A stretch of DNA of 55,526 nt, counting the filler, from Sphacelaria rigidula (Eukaryota): the NCBI GenBank assembly GCA_964200075.2. It is 2 parts of 2 records of this genome, joined end to end, with 100 filler letters (N's around TTAATTAATTAA, not from the genome) between each part and the next. Parts side by side here need not be neighbours in the genome. Positions count along the whole stretch, not along the records: positions 1 to 27,716 come from CAXNAA020000111.1; 1 more part is not named here. One strand, written 5' to 3'. Made by a program: the position numbers and the translations under genes. Below, piece by piece: positions 1 to 12,751 of this stretch (positions are counted from its first letter, which is position 1; each line of letters starts with the position of its first letter). The notes below the pieces were generated by a model. That model saw only the letters and a list, made by a program, of their open reading frames with translations, was not told the origin of the DNA and searched no databases.

Positions 1-34
1 GGTGTGGCGGGGCCGCGAGAGGAGGACAAGGGGC

Positions 35-55
35 GGGGGGGGGGGCGGGGGGGGT

Positions 56-101
<46 letters not shown>
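35..101. repeat. Poly-G tract
   Basis: Nearly uninterrupted G run at the window start. Confidence 0.9.
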
Positions 102-102
<1 letters not shown>

Positions 103-1849
103 TGAGGGATTGAGTGGGGGTGATGTGGGTACCACCAGATAGAAAGGAATTTCCGCAAGAATGGGCCGAGAAATCAACTTTCAAGAGATGTTCATTTTTC
201 ATAATGTCATCTGAAAGGCGACTGTCCATATCCCACGTCATACTGCCTAACGTATATCCCAGCTTGTTCATTCGTGACAGCGATGCACTACGTTGCCACT
301 GCCACTTGGTGCACTCAATCCTTTCCTCTCCACGGCTCTCCACGGACGAGTCTCTAGTCTCAAGTGATCAGCCGATCCCCCCCCCTGGTATGCACCCTAG
401 CTATCAATCTACGTGAACGAAGTGAAATGTCTCCGTCGGAGGGGTGTGTGAGTGCGTGGGGATACTGCTAATTCTGTGTGTGTATAGGGGGTGTACTCAT
501 TATCTTGGATGCCGTAGTCATACCATGAGACCATTGACCTCGCATGCCTACAAAGCCGGGACGAAGCACGCCGGGTTTTCGCCGGACCTGTGCGGGGGGA
601 TCGGGCATGGAAGATGCAGTCGAAGGGCTCACTAAAAGTCACAAATGAGCACGTTGGTTTCGCCGCACATGACTCGCACTAGCGTACCCAATCTCTCTAC
701 AGTTGGCCTCGCACTTTACGTGCAGTGCACACTTTGGCTGTACAGCATTGTGGTGCGTGTACGACTGTCATCCCGTCGTTTGTGCACATATTGGATAATG
801 ACATCGTCTGCGCCCGCCTCTTGTGTCGTGTTCGGCGGTCAGCAACACTTTAGTGCAGATACATGTTGGATAAGGGCTGAAATACAAGCCTAGTTAATTA
901 AGCGTTACCCCCACGGCATCTCTAAGGTTGCTCAACATATGTCGCGTTGTTTTTTTTTCCTCGTGGAACTACTTATGCCGTTTCCGTCGTAAACTTCTGC
1001 AACGGAGCGTCTTATGCACACAGCTTTGCTGTTTCAATAGATCACATAGTGTGAGACATTTTCGCAATCCATGTGAGCACTGCGGTTAAAAAAATGGGTG
1101 GCTTGGTGCCGTCTGTACTACAGTAGTTGCACGCAGAATGCGCTTTTTGGACCGAATGCTCCACACGTATTCCAACTTCGGCGAAGATACGTATTTATTT
1201 GTTGAGAGGAAGTGAATCCGCCGAATATTTATGAAAACAACGCTGATGATCTCGGGATTCTGCGCTGAAGTTTGCGAAATGACGAAATGGTCGGGTCAAC
1301 GTGCCGGGTCCAGCTCCCCCCAAACCCGCAATATTCGTCATCCACCATATCCCCGCAATATTCGTCATCCATCAAAATGTGGAGGCGTTTAAAAATGGGG
1401 AACGAATGGGAAAACATCGCTGGCGAAACACTGTGCATCGTGTGTTGTCGGTAAAACTGTGCCCCACGGGATGAGAAGGTCGTGGGTTAGACTCCGGCCG
1501 AACACCTAAAAATGCACTTCAGAAGCGCCGTGGGCCGCACATTTGGTGGGGAGCGGTCAACCACAGCACCGAGTACCTCAGCATTGGTTGTTTGAGCGAT
1601 TGATCGATTGGTCTGTTGACTATGCATATTTTGCGTCACTATCCGCCACACATTCGACCGTGTTTGCAAAAGAGACTCCAAGACATCGGAGTGCAGAGGC
1701 TCAACGCCATCAGCTTGCGGTCTCGAGGAGGTATTCGAAAAACAAAGCCTGTGAGTTCGCAACAAATGTTGGTCCTGATGCCGAGAACAAAAACTCGGAA
1801 TCACAGGTGCAGCATCCAACCGACAACGAAATACTTTCATGTGTTACCT

Positions 1850-2175
1850 CATTTCAGTGTGTACATATTGTTGTATTAGCGTGTGGCGAGAGGACTTTCT
1901 TTTCCTCGATCATTTTTTTTTTTTGGTACGAACTGGGCCGGCAGTAAATCCCACATTCGTTTTCCACACCACAACTTCTCAAGTTTCCCAAAGCAGCGCG
2001 ACTTGAGCATATCGCTATGAACTGCAGACCAACCTGATAACACACAGCACCGCCGCTGAATGAAGGAAAAAAAAAAATGTACTGCATACTAAAACCTTGA
2101 TGATGGACGAAAAGAAGAATCTTGTGGGGATTCGAACTCATGACCTCTATAACTGGAGTCTCTTGTATCCCTTGG
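1850..2175 (-). mobile_element. Degenerate tRNA-related SINE fragment
   Basis: The minus strand carries a Pol III B-box-like GAGTTCGAATCC (~2127-2140). There is no complete cloverleaf. Confidence 0.35.
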
Positions 2176-2483
2176 ATCAAAGGGGTGCGGCCGTGTCACA
2201 CGAAAAGTGCGACGCAAAGCCCAATTTCAGGTATTCTTGGCCGAAACGTTACCAGGATGTCGTTGACGCGAGTGCACGTATGTGTTGGAGCGTTGTCGTC
2301 ATTCTCGTCAATTTTTAAGAAAGTTAAAGCATTTTTACTGTTTTTGCTGAAACTTCAACTCGCTCTAACTTCCTGTTTTTTTCTTGTTTTCCTCTGCACC
2401 CCCAATAGAGTTGCGTGGGTTCATGATGAAAATGTCGGGTCAAAATTTCAGCGCCCAACTCTTCGAAGTACCAACGATATCCT

Positions 2484-2957
2484 CAGACCCACTTTCATGG
2501 CAACGAATCCCGATTTTTACAAATAAGAGGATTTCAGCCCGTCTACAGGCGGTTTTCTCCCGTGGGTTGATTTTTCGCACCCCAGTCCGTTGGGCAACGT
2601 TTTTCGACTAGCTGTGAGCAAACCAGATCAATTCTCCGATTTTCTGGGCGCTGACTTTCGATATATCACCGTTCTGCTGAAATCGGGACACTCCCGCATC
2701 TCCCCCGCATCTCCCCCGATTTTTCCAAAAAATCGGGGGAGATGCGAGAGTGTCCCGATTTGGGCAGAAATGTGATGAACCAAAAGCCAACGTCCATAGA
2801 ATCGGAGAAATGATCTGGTTTGCTCACAGCTAGCCGAAAAACGTTGTCCAACGGACTGGGGTCCGAAAAATCAATCCACGGGAGAAAATCGTCCGTAGAT
2901 GGGCTGAAATCCCCATATTTATGAAAATCGGAACTCGTTGCCATAAAAGTGGGTCTC
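2484..2957. mobile_element. Foldback/MITE-like palindromic element (~235-bp arms, almost no spacer)
   Basis: (C)AGACCCACTTTCATGGCAACGA at the left end mirrors TCGTTGCCATAAAAGTGGGTCT at the right end. The arms stay complementary up to the centre GATTTTTCC/AAAAAATC (~2725). Confidence 0.9.
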
Positions 2958-5900
2958 ACTCTTCGTTCAAAAATCACTGTCAGCTGGCCCAGCTCATAGC
3001 CAATGGTTAGCTCCAAGTTCCGCACCTCGCTACGCCCGCGTCAACGTGGAATACTAAGCAAGACTTCGTTAACAAATATCGTAACTGTGTCGAGATGAAC
3101 CAACTGTGAAAAAAAGAAGTGTTTTTTGTAGGGAACGTTGGCGTAGGTATAGTGGGGTACAGGACAGTGATGCACGTCACGGTTGGATACGTGGAAGACA
3201 AATTCGAGAAGATTGTGCTTGGGGGCAAGGCATAAATCAAAATCACCTGGAAGAGCTTTTTTTGTTACGTTGGAAACAACAAAGACTTGACAAAAATGAC
3301 TTGAGTAAGCATGGCGTCGACTTGTACTTGATGTATACTTCCACAGACTGTATACCTACAGCACTTCCGCGTCCTCCCTTTTCACGTTGTGGGCGGATGT
3401 TTCAGGCGACTACACGTATACCAGACGCCATATTTATTTCTGGGCCATAAACGCGTTTGCAACGGCCCCACCACGTGGTTTGAGAAACCAAATGTGGTCG
3501 TACACAAAGCATATTTTCTAGCTGGGCTGGACCAAGCTACTTCGTTGAACCTGCACCAGCTGTTCTAAACACGACCGTTTCCCTGTCCGCCCCCTCCACC
3601 TCCACCGTGTGAATTTTGATGAAATGTCATTTTGACAAACTCACGTAGTATATTCAGTCCGTCAACAAGATGGTCTTCAAACTATTTTGCCGCCATTACG
3701 CAAAGCTGAGTCGACCGTGAGCTACGCATCTCTATGCTGAAAATCTGGCGCGATTGACTCATGTCTTCCCCCCCCACCCCCCCCTAATTTGCTCAGTGCT
3801 CCGTCTCGAAAGGGATGCGTGGTCAATGGTCAAACGACTAAGGCAACAAATGAGTACGCCCCCCCCCCCTAATTTGCTGATACCTATCCGCTATGCTTTC
3901 GTGCGTTTATTGTATATGCAGTTGATTCTAATGTTCGGCTTCCGATTGGTAGCCTACGTGGCGTTGCTACATCGCAGCCGCCCCGCGGGAGACCGGGCCT
4001 ACTGACACAACGCAGCAGCACTTCGCGGGCTCCTCTCTGGTGGTGTGTGTTTTGAGGCGAGCTTGTGCTTTCATCGTAGCGGTAGCGTGTGATGTGTTTC
4101 GTGTGTTGCCGTAAGTTATTTGGTATCCTGACTATTAATAGTCGAAATCATTGGAGATGTGTTGTTTGATTGAAGATTTGTTGATTGGTTGATCGGTGGA
4201 TCGATTCATTGCTTAATGGGTTGATTGGTTGATTGATTGCCACACACTTTCCGTGTTGAGAGATTTATATTCTGCTCGGTTTATATTAAAGTCGTCTTGC
4301 TCCCTCCCCCCCACCCCTCTGTAGATAAATGGTAACGTCCAAAATGTTTTCATGGGAGTGAAGGAGGGTTGGCACGGTGAGGCGGCCTGGCCAAGAGGGC
4401 AGGCACCCTTAGAATGATCCACTCCAGAATACATTACCGATTGCTCTCTTTTTTTTTCGCGGAGGTACGACCACCCGAAGTAGAGTCCAACTCGGTCTGT
4501 TAGTCGTATGTCGGCGAAGACGTTCAGGGGGTGTTTGGATGCATCGGGCAGTACTGTGCAAATCACGTGTCCAATTTTCAGGTTCAATAATCTCACTCAA
4601 ACAATTGAGCTCCGCGTGGTGATGTCGGCGAATTCGCGAGCTCTTGGCGGATTCGTCCTGTAGAGATGAGGAGTATTTCATGTTGTGGAGGTGTGTGACA
4701 GATTGGTTGTTGCTTTGGTCTATCTTGGGGGAACATCTCATGTTCCGAAGAGGGCTTGCGTGCTTCACGTTGCAACGGCGCTGTAAAATCCCACATATTG
4801 GTACTCCCTATGAGGGCTTTGTTGCCATGCACTGTGTTGCGCAATTTTCTGTCCCCTTCATTCCGACTTGCGTCTGAGCGCGTTTTCTAAATGATCGATA
4901 TGATGCGAAAAATGTTGCTCGATATGCTGGCTCGATATAAACTGTGTCATGTGTGTATAGGTTGTCCATGGTGAGAGACTATACGGTAAATAAAAGCGCG
5001 CCCGCTATATAGCTTGGGAGAGACGCTGGGTATCCGGGTAAATAAACGGGATCAAGAGGATTGCTCTCTCCCGGCATTGCAATGTCCTTTGGAGTGGTGT
5101 GTCTTGTTTCGAATATTTTGTCTCTTTGTTCAACTCCGAAAAATACACAGTAGAGAAGCTGCCGTTGACTTTTAGAGGGTTTCTGGTTGTTGTTGGGTAC
5201 TGGCTTTTATGTGCTGTATGCTTCCGTTTGCTCACAACGTACCAGTAATACAAAATCTCTGAATTCAGGGGGTTGGACAGCTTCTCCCGTGTGTTCAAGC
5301 GCAGTACGGGATTCGTAATCGTTGTTGTCGCGTACGGTTGTCCAACAAACGTTGTGGCCGATGTTTGGAGGTGGAATGTTTTATGACGGACGTTGAACTG
5401 AACAATTGTGTTGTATTTCACGCCAGTTTTCTCTCTGTTTTGCTTTCATGCATCGTAGGCAGTAGCTCTTTGCGTAGAGGTTTATCTCGCATGAAGATGT
5501 AGAAATTCAGCGATTCAATATTATAGATGGTTTCGGGCATGTTATGGCATTTGAAGAAACGGGTCTCCATGAGTACTAGTAATTCTATCGGACGGATGTG
5601 AACTCAAGATATTCTTCGGCACTCACAGTATTATTCATGGTTGATTCCGCTTGTTTACAGTGCATGAGTTTTGCTTGAAATTTTGATAGCAAGTTTTTTT
5701 CGTTCCGCAGAGCATCAACCGATGCTCGGCAGGTTGTAAGAGGCGAATCTACCGTGCGTGGGCTCCACCGGACTTTCGAAGTGTTCCTTGTTTTGGGCAT
5801 ATTGCCAGGCATGTTATGGTCCCATTTCTGGTTCTAGGTGTTGCAGATAACAATACGTGGTGGTAGCCTCATCCCATCTAAGAAAGACTCATCTTACACT

Positions 5901-6399
5901 TCCTCACTTTGGTTTGGACCTAAGCAACAACCTTTGGACAACTTCTCTTGCTCCAAGGGGCTGGCCGACTCCCTACTGGTGAGCCTCCATATGTGGATGA
6001 AGACTTGCTCGTTTGTATTGTATCATATGCTTGGTTTCTCCCGCCGCCTGAGATCAACTTGGGCTTTGTATGCATGCACTGTCAGGCCAGTTTTGAAGAA
6101 AGACCGACACGACTCACACCGCTGCTTTCATGTGTGGCCAGGACTTTCGTTTCGAGGTACTTGTAAACCTCATTTTAATTCAACCCAGCTGAAGCCCCAA
6201 TCTTTAAAAGGTTTGGCTTGAAAGACCCCTGGGAGGAAGCTACACTAATCCCTCATCCTGGTGTTTGCAAGATCAGGGGCTCATGCCAGGCCAATTCACT
6301 GCGTATACGAAACGGTGCAAAGTTCAACCCAAACCATTTCACTGCCAGAACAAAACTATGCAGCAGTCAGTTCAAGTGTTCACAAGAAGTGGATATCCC

Positions 6400-6640
6400 A
6401 GGGCCAAAGCTCATGAGAGCATGGCGGCGCGTGCACTGCGCCAAGTTGATGGGGGGTTTTAATGAGAGCGACCTCCACACCGCCTTGAGCAAAGCTTGCC
6501 AACGCTCGAGGCGCCTATCCCACATGACTGCCGCGAGGCAGTCTGGCCGAGCCTCCGGGTAATCGGCACATGCACCCGCTTGCGGGGTAAGTGTTGGGTC
6601 AGGCTTCCTCCTTCCGTCAAGGAAGAAATAAATAAAAGAA
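6400..6640 (+). mobile_element. Dispersed repeat (non-LTR/SINE-like 3' part), copy 1
   Basis: Aligns over ~230 bp with 54960-55190 (GCGCGTGCACTGCGCCAAGTTGATGGGGG...GCCTTGAGCAAAG...GGGTAATCGGCACA). Both copies end A-rich. Confidence 0.8.
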
Positions 6641-6643
6641 GTA

Positions 6644-7085
6644 ACACGGGATCTTACAAATGGGGGATGGATCTTCTATTGGGGATGAGAAACCCGGAGA
6701 ATCAAAATCCTCGTATCCACACCAAATCTTCGAAATATGGTTCCATTTCTTCACCTACTGACAGCTATTGACAACTGCTACAAGCCATAGAAATTTGGAT
6801 CTCGAACACCGAAATTTTGGTGTCCTAGATGAAAAACCATTTTCGGAACCATTATCGCGTCCGCTCGGACACCCGGAATTCCTCAAAATTGTTTTTCTAC
6901 CTAGAACCCCAACATGTCGGTGATCGAAATCCATTTTTCTATGGCATGTAGTAGTTGTCAATAGCTATCAGTAGGTGAAGAAATGGAACCAAATTTCGAA
7001 GATTTGGTGTGGATACGGAGATTTTAATTCTCTGGGTTTCTCATCCCCAATAATAGATCCATCCCCAATTTGCAAGATCCCGTGT
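6644..7085. mobile_element. Foldback/MITE-like palindromic element (~200-bp arms)
   Basis: Ends are ACACGGGATCTT...AAGATCCCGTGT with long complementary arms. Flanked by GAAGTA (6638-6643) and GAAGTG (7086-7091), a possible TSD. Confidence 0.9.
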
Positions 7086-8269
7086 GAAGTGCACATCCAA
7101 TTATTACACAATTACTAACCAGCAATCCTAGTTCCCAACCAAGATTCACCCGCCAGGACTCGAGTGATCAGCGAAGACAAGGGTGGTCCAATTGTTGATT
7201 AGCCGAGCGTCACCCAGAGAGTGAGGGCGAGGTCAGGCCAAGAGCCCCACACCTTAACTCAAGGAACCTCAACGCATAGTCATCTAACATCGACAACCGA
7301 AACATGGGGCCAAAACGGAAGTATTGCAAAAGTAGAGACTATTGCCGTCCTGACCATGAGATCCAACCATCCGCCGAGCATCAGTTAGTTGATACCTCGG
7401 GAACCGTGTCGTCACCAACCAACCCGACACAATTATGGAAAATACTGTTTGACATGTACATAAAAATGTGGGCGGACACAATCAACCATGAACAACAATT
7501 TCAATCTGTGATGAACCTATGTGCATGCACAACGCAGAACCTAAGCCGTTAGAAAGCGAGAATAGGTCATCTGTTGAATCGGCATCAATTTCACTTGAAA
7601 AAAGTATCCATGATCCAGATAGACTAACCTCGCGGTCTAAGGGTTAACTATCCATCTCTCAGGAGCTCAAAGCTCTGTAAACGGACTAAATCGAAGACCT
7701 CAGAAACTTACCTCAATTTTCACGTGAAACTCAAGCACTGTAACCAGAATGAAGCAGCAAAAAGCCATAATATCCAAAAGCCAATTACTATCCGAGCATT
7801 TCAAGCGGTCATATCCGCCCAATGGGGCTATTCGTCGAGACTCATTCCTCCACATGCTATTAAGCTGTAACAGGCCGAAGTAGTGAGACTAGGGAAGGAA
7901 GAGTTCGTCTCTGCTTCGGTGTCCCTCCCGCCCCCTCACGGGCCAAGGTTGTGGTGTCGGTAAAGGCTGTTGCTCTCGTGCTACATCACTTCTTAAGCCA
8001 CTGGGACAACGCCCGTATCCTTGGGAAACATCAGAGTTCTATCGCAGAAGGCTTGGTGGCTTCACACAGACCTCGTCAAGCAAGCACTTGGAATGAAGTT
8101 GGATAGCATAGAACCACATTCGATCGAAAGTCGTCTTCGACTTGACGTTTTTGTCGGGGGTTCCATAGTAGGAGTCGGTGGTGTGTCATGCGCAGCTTGT
8201 CCTGGCGCAATGCTACGATAGTAGTGGTGCACTTTTTGCGCATTGTGTCTAGTTCAGAGGCTCCGAACG

Positions 8270-8445
8270 ATTCTAGATGCACAAGAATATGGCTCAGGAA
8301 ATACCCGTCCGCAGATTCATTCCGGACACCCCTAGCACATTGGAACAGTAATCCTGGCGTAGTCTTACATACCTCATAAGTCGTGTTTTGGATGAGATGG
8401 AGGGCTCCTAACATTTTTCACCTCAGAATATTTGTGCATTCCTAT
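8270..8445 (-). repeat. Dispersed repeat related to the window end (55358-55526)
   Basis: The reverse complement (TGCACAAATATTCTGAG...TTAGGAGCCCTC...TACGCCAGGATTACT..TCCAATGTGCT) matches 55358-55526. Confidence 0.75.
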
Positions 8446-9889
8446 CGTAGCATAATTCCATAGTTGCTCTGTTCCAGTATCTACATTGAGATGCCGGAGG
8501 GTAGGACTTCGAGTACTTTGCCTTCTAGCATCTGGGTTATGACGCCCAGCGATGTGATTGCTGTTCCTGGTCGTGCAGCACTTGGCCGAGAACCCTGTCC
8601 ATCCACCGCATGAATCGGGCCCGGCGTGTGAGCTTGGGGGTCATTATCATCGTTAATGATGTGGTGCTTACATCAATGAATGTAGAAATCTCTCGCGACA
8701 CGCGCTTCACTCGACATCAAAGAAATGGGCATCATCTCAATGTCCAACAAGTACGCAAACGACGTAATAACTCTCATGACCAACACAGCTAAAATTGTGC
8801 ATTGTAAGCGTTATAAATACAAGGGCTGGTCTGAGCGGAACCCGAAAATCATTTGAAAAACACAGTTAGTGATACACGCTCCCTGATCAATTGATAGCTG
8901 CCGTATCACTCCCCTCCCCCCCCCCGCACCTCCGCCCAGCGAACCCCCCCCGGAAATAGTATAAAAAGTCTTCTTGGACTTTCTGATAATCATGTTGCAC
9001 TGCTCAACACTCGTTCTTATCGAGTGGGAGCATGAACCGGCGGCGCAGTATGCCCGTCACGGCATCAGATCGCATCACCAGTGGTGCCGAGAGACTCTCA
9101 TGCATGGCAGCACAGTCGTCACCCCCCGCAGTGCGCGCGATGGTTCCGCGGGGGTGAGCGCACATTTTCGCGAGGTAGGCTGTAGTGCTGTGCCGTACGT
9201 GTGTCCGCTGCGAAAGGCGCCACGTCGGGATTTGGCAAACGTTCCACGGAAGACAACGAGCTGCGGGAATAGGGATAATCCAATTTTCAATATCCGATAA
9301 ACAAATAAGGCAGGCACCCCGGCAGAAGTTGATCGACCCTTTTTTACTACATGACACCAATGGTTCCATGGACACCACATTAGACACCTTACTGTAAACA
9401 CGAGCTGGAACATGGGAAGAACTTCTCCCGAGTTCAGATCAAAACAGACGTGTGCGCAGAGGGCTGAGCATCCGCGACTCGCAAACTTCCATGAATATTT
9501 GCCCTACTGTACGCTACATTTCACTGCCCAACTTGAAGCCTTTTCACCACCAATGTATAGATATATTACCATACCACACGCATTGCAGTGCAGTTACGAA
9601 GGATGCATCCATCGCCGACTCGCGCATCTGAATGCAAACGTTTAACGGCATGAAAGCACCGTACATTTGTGGGTATCTCATGCACATCTACAGGACTATC
9701 CCCACAAGGCTACCGTAGCACCGCGACGCAATCCAACAACCACGTAAATCTCCCTCACAAGCGAGTCACGAGAGTTGCGCCGATCTGTGATACATGTTTT
9801 CGACGTTAGTCAGCCCACGAAAAGTTGTTACAGTCAGACAGTCTACAAAAAGTGTACTTTACATACGCACACTGAACAAAAACTAAATC

Positions 9890-10480
9890 TTCCGCACGTC
9901 GGACGAGCACGAGTATGAGTCGTGGCAATCGCGCTCGTTGCGCTGCTCGTTGGCCGTAAAAATTGATAGGGCGAGCACTCGCGTCATTCTCGTTGTGGAA
10001 AAAATAATAGGGCGAGCGCTCGAGTCATTGCTCGTCGTGGAAAAAATTAATAAGGTGAGTACTCGAGTCATTGCTCGTTGTGGAAAAAATTAATAGAGCG
10101 AGCACTCGAGTCATTGCTCGTTGTGGACAGGTAAATGATTCGAGCACATGAGTCATTGCTCGTGATGAACGACTTGAGTGAAGGAGTCAGCGATGCGACA
10201 AGCAAACAACATTATAATCATGAGCTCTTCGACGATCTTGAACCTAAAATCTTGAAGTTCATACGCATATCTGCACATGTACAAGCGTCAAGCTCCAAAG
10301 CTCCTCTTGATTTTATCCAAGCACCCCCCCCCCCCCCCACACACACATAGAGAGAGAGAGAAGGTCAGACTTCTACTAAAGCGGCAGAGAGTATCTCTCG
10401 AGTAGTACATCTGTAGGGCGAGCACTCGAGTCATTGCTCCTTGTGATAAAATAAATGACTCGAGCACACGAGTCATAGAT
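9890..10480. repeat. Array of ~42-bp units with a GAGCACTCGAGTCATTGCTC core (putative left subterminal repeats of a DNA transposon)
   Basis: Units start at ~9969, 10010, 10053, 10096 and 10140, with two more at ~10417-10480. Confidence 0.8.
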
Positions 10481-10834
10481 CGTTGAAGAAGAGGTTACCC
10501 TTTGGGTGTGGAGCCGGTACTACCTGCTCACTGCACAGCCGCAGGGTTCAGGGTGACAAAACACACCGCATAACGTCGCATCCTTAGTCTGTCCCTGTCC
10601 TGCATTGATTTCGCGTTGTCCTGTACAGTTCGTCACATCATGAGTGCAGCCGTTGTATCGCAGCCAAGGTGTACGCAGGATATAAACCTCCTCGCCACGC
10701 GCTATATTGCTACGTCACATTTTGTAAAGCTGTCCGTGTTGCAGCTACAGCGTGCGTTTGCCCCAGGTGGCGCACGCAGGAGTGCAAGGCCGCCTCCGCC
10801 GCTGTATGGCTGCCTGTATCTTGGGCGAAGCTGA

Positions 10835-10925
10835 TGGTAACACAGCCGCAGCTGGTGCGCCCATATATACCGAAAGGTGGAGACTGGTATTCAGAATTTA
10901 TGGGACGACAACACACACAGCACAC
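10835..10925 (+). mobile_element. 3' fragment of the tRNA-SINE family seen at 33064-33392
   Basis: GCTGGTGCGCCCATATATACCGA...ATGGGACGACAACACACACA is the reverse complement of 33066-33140. Confidence 0.75.
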
Positions 10926-12719
10926 TCGACGTTGCTCAGTACACTGTCCACATCGTGTTTGTAGCGTCTGTAGTTTTTTTTTTGTCCGCGGTTGGGTACA
11001 TTTTCCATATATAATGCAGGGGCAACATTTGGGCGAATTGCAGGTGAGGCAATCGCCGAAATATTCGCCTGCAAGCTCTGCTCCAATACACTGTAAGTTG
11101 ATATCGCTAGAAGGACAATACCATAGCCACCTTGTCGGCTGCCAGACTGTCACAGACTGTCAGGACGTAGGATCTGCTTGCATTGCTACTGTCTGTCCGG
11201 GGGTGTTGCCCCCTTGTCAGGTACGTTTTGGAGCATGATATTCGATGTAGGTCATCCTTGTACATGGGCACTAGACGCTGGGAGTTCTTACTCAAGACTT
11301 CGATTTGGATGATGATACTAGGTGGGCAACGGCAACTGCTGTTTGTCCAGGTCCCCCTTGGAGCAGGATGCGCTTGGTGTCCGTTTGACGAAGTTATCCC
11401 TCAAAAAACGAAATCGATGGGGGTTTTGGAGTGTAAAAATCTAGCAAGAAAACTATCGCAAGAATCTGATCGCAAGAATCCTGACGCGAAAACGGAGTCG
11501 CAAGAAACCAGTTAGTCGATTTTTTACCCGCAGCAGAAACCAACTTCACTTCGTGAAATTGGAATACTCTCTTCCAGCAGCGCGAGTCCCTTAACCCACA
11601 CACTACATCCCCAATGGTGTTCGGACACATTCAACTAGTAACAACGTCTTCGTGAGATTGAGAGTAGAGCGCTGATTGAGAGTGGATCTGGTCATTCGCT
11701 TTCACTTGGCCATTTTTTCATTCCGTGTGTGTTGTTCTTTGCCTCTATCACTAGCATGTGCTTACAGCTACACGTCGATATCCTACTCAGGGATATCAAG
11801 GGCCTCAGTGGCAAGCTACTACAGAAGGCATATCGGGCCTCGTGGAGGGACATTTCGGAACTGAAACGATTCAGTCACGAATTGACCGTTTTTCACTCTC
11901 AATCGTATCCTCTACTCTCAATCTCACGAAAACATTGTTTCGTATGTGTTGAATCAGGCGACCTACCGCGTCAATTCACGACAAGATCATTGCTACACAA
12001 GTGTTTCCGCCACCTCTCCGGTCCTCTGGAAGAGCCAATGACGTCACACCGTAGGCAGAAAAGCTATGGATATGCTCCCCCTCCATACCGCCGCATCACT
12101 CGGTAGCAACAAAAATCCACTGGAGCTTCCGGGGACAAAATATGGAGCCACCAGTTATTCCGAAGCGAACACAAGCAGCTCCTCCGCACGGCAGGATCGG
12201 CGCAAGAAGTAGACAGTTCTAACGGCTAAGTTCTGCTTCTGCAGAGCCACCACAAATTATGCTACGCATTTTTTACATCGCCATACCGCGTGAAGTACAT
12301 ATCTATATAGTCTTACTCGCCACACATATGGCGATTCCCGTCAACACGAGTGCCACGCCCAGCAACGTTTGAAGGGGTCGCTCCGTTTTCTCCCCCAGCC
12401 ACATCGCCGTCGCAGCGGTAAAGACAAATGTCAACGAATTGCACACCGGAACAGCCATAGATATATCTGGAGAGGAACGCAGTAGGTGGGAAACAAAGGC
12501 AGAGGGGCAACGGTGGGGGAAGATGTTTCTTGGATTGCGTTCGGCCGTTTTCCCCCGGCTCATCTACTGATTGATTGATTGTTGCACCTGCACTGATCTT
12601 TGAGGGATCCGGCCATGGTCACATGATGGACGTACCCGGAAAAAAAAACCCAAAGCACCCCCTGAAGAAAAACTGAAGAAAACAGAAAAGGTAGCACAGG
12701 CAGAGTGGATCAAGAAGAG

Positions 12720-12720
12720 A

Positions 12721-12748
<28 letters not shown>
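12720..12748. repeat. (AT)n microsatellite
   Basis: Perfect AT run. Confidence 0.95.

Positions 12749-12751
<3 letters not shown>

Larger units (their letters stand above)
1330..3900 (+). mobile_element. Highly degenerate hAT-like DNA transposon remnant, interrupted by a SINE-like piece and a foldback element
   Basis: Fragments across frames with stops: BED-finger-like 'KMWRRL...TLCIVCC...HLKMH' (~1375-1520), 'LATPASTWNTK' resembling TRWNS (~3025-3060), and 'HYAKLSRP..ATHLYA...LERDAWSMVKRLRQQMS' resembling the hAT C-terminal dimerisation region (~3690-3855). Motif resemblance by eye only. Confidence 0.35.

Noticed and set aside
1-120. Functional G-quadruplex or promoter
   Set aside because: A homopolymer with no supporting context, and its length may be a sequencing artefact.
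5838-5978. Candidate exon (ctag acceptor, gtgagc donor, 47 open codons)
   Set aside because: The peptide resembles neither LMBRD2 nor any family I recognise, and there are no partner exons.
9960-10170. CRISPR-like palindromic repeats (also at 24786-26060 and 42101-43225)
   Set aside because: The units are contiguous tandem copies without unique spacers, there are no cas genes, and the context is eukaryotic.
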